Positions 62,451 to 64,000 of a DNA stretch of 64,000 nucleotides are shown in pieces. The position numbers and the translations under genes were made by a program. The notes below the pieces were generated by a model that worked only from the letters and a program-made list of their open reading frames with translations, was not told where the DNA came from and searched no databases. Each line of letters begins with the position of its first letter. Within the stretch, counting starts at the first letter, position 1. Origin of the DNA: the human T2T-CHM13v2.0 reference genome, Homo sapiens. Location of the stretch: assembly GCF_009914755.1 (NCBI RefSeq), contig NC_060930.1; one strand, written 5' to 3'.

Positions 62451-63004
62451 GCCCAATGCACAGTCTTCCCCAATTACTTCAGACCACTTCTCATTCCCAA
62501 AACCCATGTACCCATTCACACCAAGAAAATATTAATATAGCAACATGGAACAACAAGTGTCCTCCTCTGCCTGGTGTGTGGTCACACACATTGGTACCCA
62601 GCTTGTAGCCTTTTCTATTAAGTATTCCAATTCTTCTTTCCAAAAACAGCTGGCTACCTGATTGATCTATGAGCCATCTTGGGCCACTCGGAAGGTAACT
62701 GGGCCAGTAAGAGAACTCAAACTCACCTTAACCACTGACTAAATAGACTCAACATTTCATGTTAATGTATATAAGAGAAAAAGAGTACCTATTAAAGTAA
62801 TATTTATCTTAGTCTTGACTCTTCTGTACAAAATATACAACATTCAGTCAAAAATTCTGAAACAATCCGAGAAAGCAAGGAGACAAAAAGATAAATTGTC
62901 TACAGAATCATAACTAAAAAGCCCCAGAAGTGAGAAATTTCATACACGGAGTTTAAAATAATTGTGATTAATATGCTACACTATCTAGCCAAAATTTGAC
63001 AATT

Positions 63005-63290
63005 ATGTAATGTTAATAGACCTATGTATTCATTGTCCAAATCAAGACGTCAAATATTACCAGCATCTTGTAAACCTTTCTCAAGAATCGTTATAGTCAA
63101 TATCCTTTCAATGTTCACCATTGCTGACATATCACCATAGATATATTTTATGCAATGTATATAAATCGCTGTGCATATTATGCAGTACTTTTTATCTAGG
63201 TCCTTTTGCTTAGACAATATTGGTGACATTAGTTCTGGTTGTTGCATTTAGTAGTAGTCTGCCCTTTTTCATTTTTATTTGGCAATAAGA
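63005..63290 (-). mobile_element. Ancient L1ME 3'-region fragment
   Basis: 'aaatattaccagcatc...atcaccatagat...tccttttgcttagacaatat...gttgcatttagtagtagt'. Confidence 0.5.
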
Positions 63291-63907
63291 GCATAGAGAT
63301 GAAAGAGGAGAGAGAGAATGGCAAGTCATAGAAACTTTTAAGGCTGCTATCACATAAATAGGTGGTATCATTAATCTTAATTGAAAATGTAGGACAAGGG
63401 CTAGCAATTCACAGAATCAGCAAAAAATGAGGTCTAATCTGAGCTGCCTATAATACACACAAGTACAGATTCAAAATCTATTAAATGAAATTATTAGAGG
63501 CAAATGTGTTTTGAAAATCAAGCTTTAAAAACAGTTGGAGGGGACACAAAATAAGATTCACTTTTACTTTTTATTTCTTTAAGGACAGCAGCAGAAAAGA
63601 GATTCTTGAAATGAAGTATTTTCACTAAACAGACCCAATGACAAGAGCTCAATATATGTGAGTGCTAGAAATAGATCCTTTTCGTATCTAACATGCAATA
63701 ATAAATAAAGGCAATAAAATAAGAATGTTCAGATTAACTATAAGAAATTAAAAATCAAAGATAGTTTAGGGTGGGGCCCTCGTGAGCCTGCATTTCTATT
63801 AAGGGAGTTGAGAAGGAGCAATTGGAGAAGATGAATTTTAATTTTAACAGTGAGCCCATGAATCTGATTATGTTAAAAAATTAGAAAAAAAAATGAGACA
63901 AAATGGT

Positions 63908-64000
63908 TGCGTTAGTCAGAATTATTCAGAAAAAAAGAACTAATAGGATGGGTGTGTGTGTGTTGTGTGTGTAGAATGTCTGTGTGCCTGTGTGTGTGGT
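63908..64000 (-). mobile_element. MLT2 (ERVL) LTR end with (TG)n, cut by the window edge
   Basis: 'tgcgttagtcagaattattcagaaaaaaagaactaataggatgggtgtgtg' resembles the MLT2 terminus. Confidence 0.6.

Overview
AT-rich primate (human-like) genomic DNA, either intergenic or deep intronic. I find no supportable protein-coding gene, RNA gene, CpG island or CRISPR array. Every ORF I can recognise derives from repeats (L1 ORF2, Alu, THE1, ERV gag); the rest look like chance ORFs. Roughly half or more of the window is interspersed repeat: young and old L1s (two with 5' inversions), AluY/S/J, two complete THE1 MaLR proviruses, a deleted ERV1 provirus nested in an L1, a deleted Tigger1, several MLT/MST LTRs, L2 and MIR. 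I do not see a new biological system. The notable signals are fossil rearrangements: (1) a Tigger1 whose deleted interior is filled with about 200 bp copied from nearby flanking DNA, (2) an approximately 30-bp templated insertion copied from 1.3 kb upstream, (3) a tail-less AluY fused to an L1 3' end inside one target-site duplication (TSD), and (4) a candidate L1 3' transduction. Repeat subfamily names come from remembered consensus sequences and need RepeatMasker/Dfam confirmation. Boundaries of old elements are approximate.
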